DNA of 64,000 nucleotides from an uncultured Clostridiaceae bacterium (GTDB lineage Bacteria; Bacillota; Clostridia; JAAYHZ01): assembly GCA_964547525.1 (NCBI GenBank), contig CAZJOD010000002.1, positions 2,404 through 66,403 on the forward strand. The letters are read 5' to 3'. Every line of letters begins with the position of its first letter. Within the stretch, counting starts at the first letter, position 1. Of this stretch, positions 62,880 to 64,000 are shown in pieces. Under the pieces are notes generated by a model. It searched no databases. It had not been told where the DNA came from and saw nothing but the letters and a program-made list of their open reading frames with translations. The translations under genes were made by a program, and so were the position numbers.

Positions 62880-63128
62880 AAAATCATCAAATACGTCAAC
62901 TATGTTCATGGCAATTTGTACTTCTTTTCCTTCTTCCCAAGTACCCGGAGTTAAACGGGAAAATGCCAAAGTAGCTTCCGCTTCTCGAGGGGTAAGTAAT
63001 TCAGGTACGAGTTTTTTTACAATGTCATCCGGGTTTTCAATCTGTTCCTTCTTTAGCAGGTACCAATATATCGAACAAATACAATTCTCCTATTTATTGT
63101 GCAAAGGTTCCAAGTTTACCCCTATCTA

Positions 63129-64000
63129 TTAGTCTATATCCGGACGAATATAGACATTAAAATCAGAATTGTTATAAAATTTTTCAATTAGGTCATCAAG
63201 ACCTGCATCATATAACTTTTCAATATATTGTTTCCATTCTATGTCCGGGTTACCAAGCTCACCGGCCCAGGATCTATTTCTAAAATCGTCCACTATGGCA
63301 TAAATTTCTGTAATTACTTCGTTTCTCTTATCTGTATACGCTCTAAATAATTCGGAACCCATGGTTTTTGCATTGATATATTTATATGGCTCTATAGTAT
63401 ATAAAGCCGCCCACTTATTTTCTATAAAAAACTTATAAAACTGCGACATGGCTTCATTTAATACGGGTGAGACGTCGGAAGAAAAACTTCCGCCAAAAGA
63501 TCCGTATCTTCTATATTGCTGTGGAATGTTTTCGGTCGGTATACGAATCATGCCACTTGCCCACGGTTGCCCTGTCCATTTATAATGTATGCCTTCTACA
63601 CCGTAAAGGATGTTTCGCCAAAACTCACTGTCAGGATCGGTATAACGGTCATTCCACATTGTTAATATACGAGCCAGTTTTGCATCTGATACCGAAGCGC
63701 CTACTACATAAGTTCTAAATTTACCATCGTTAAAAGCATCCAAGTTATACCTACGAGTTCCCCAAGTACCTTGCAAGCCAGGGCCTGCCAATGCCGGAAA
63801 AGATACAAAAGTCGCATCTTTTAGGTTTGTTTTAAGCCAAATGCTTTGTGGGGGTTGTCTGTCAGAATATTCCGGAAAATCCGGTCTGCAAAGATATTGC
63901 ATATCTGCGGAAAAGTAACCAACTTTACCTCCGGACCAGGTTTCAAGCAAGTTGTCATACCAAGCGCCTTGAGGTGCATTACTTGTGAACCCTTCGGGAA
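63129..64000 (-). CDS. extracellular solute-binding protein (ABC transporter family 1), C-terminal part; the gene continues beyond the window end
   Basis: The frame is open to position 64000 (...FPEGFTSNAPQGAWYDNLLETWSGGKVGYF...). Trp/Tyr-rich, typical of sugar solute-binding proteins. Stop at 63129. Confidence 0.6.
   Translation of the reverse strand, partial: PEGFTSNAPQGAWYDNLLETWSGGKVGYFSADMQYLCRPDFPEYSDRQPPQSIWLKTNLKDATFVSFPALAGPGLQGTWGTRRYNLDAFNDGKFRTYVVGASVSDAKLARILTMWNDRYTDPDSEFWRNILYGVEGIHYKWTGQPWASGMIRIPTENIPQQYRRYGSFGGSFSSDVSPVLNEAMSQFYKFFIENKWAALYTIEPYKYINAKTMGSELFRAYTDKRNEVITEIYAIVDDFRNRSWAGELGNPDIEWKQYIEKLYDAGLDDLIEKFYNNSDFNVYIRPDID

Noticed and set aside
62854-63132. 92-aa plus-strand ORF
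   Set aside because: Ser-rich low-complexity. The opposite strand carries a more convincing coding frame (see finding).

Overview
This is a low-GC (~35%) chromosomal window from a spore-forming Firmicute, probably of the class Clostridia (it carries a membrane H+-PPase, a flavodiiron protein and an SleL/YaaH-like gene). It is core genome, not an island. Coding content: (1) 1-10.8 kb holds the distal S10, spc and alpha ribosomal-protein operons with secY, adk, infA and rpoA, ending at rplQ and followed by a tRNA-Leu(GAG). (2) 11-27.5 kb holds a SpoIID-like gene, queA-tgt-yajC, glpK, the H+-pyrophosphatase hppA, glcK, a ROK-like gene, a PIG-L deacetylase, and truA-rplM-rpsI. (3) 28-46 kb holds fprA, an amidohydrolase, tsaE-tsaB-rimI, uvrC, tig-clpP-clpX, uppP, tsaD, mrp, a thioesterase, nnr and a chromosomal mazEF (ndoAI/ndoA) pair. 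(4) 46.7-49.3 kb is a patch of four genes of unknown function upstream of birA. (5) 50.9-55.2 kb is yaaO-like decarboxylase-tmk-darA-holB-ricT, matching origin-proximal synteny in B. subtilis; a MATE pump, an AEC transporter and sleL follow. (6) 59.3-63.1 kb is a decaying sugar-utilisation locus: Gfo/Idh/MocA, ROK-repressor and amidohydrolase-2 pseudogenes next to an intact C45-type gene, flanked by a partial ABC solute-binding protein. I found no CRISPR array, prophage, IS element or recognisable defence system. The candidates I rate most worth follow-up are: a conserved intergenic palindromic repeat family (one copy at 11.1 kb, tandem copies at 16.3 kb); a structured, possibly attenuating leader upstream of hppA; twin consensus DnaA boxes at the 3' end of tsaD; zinc-ribbon and insertion variants of ribosomal proteins L24 and L17; a strongly promoted low-complexity basic/acidic small protein; and the uncharacterised four-gene patch between mazEF and birA. 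All protein assignments rest on recognition of conserved motifs in the six-frame translations. No database search was run.
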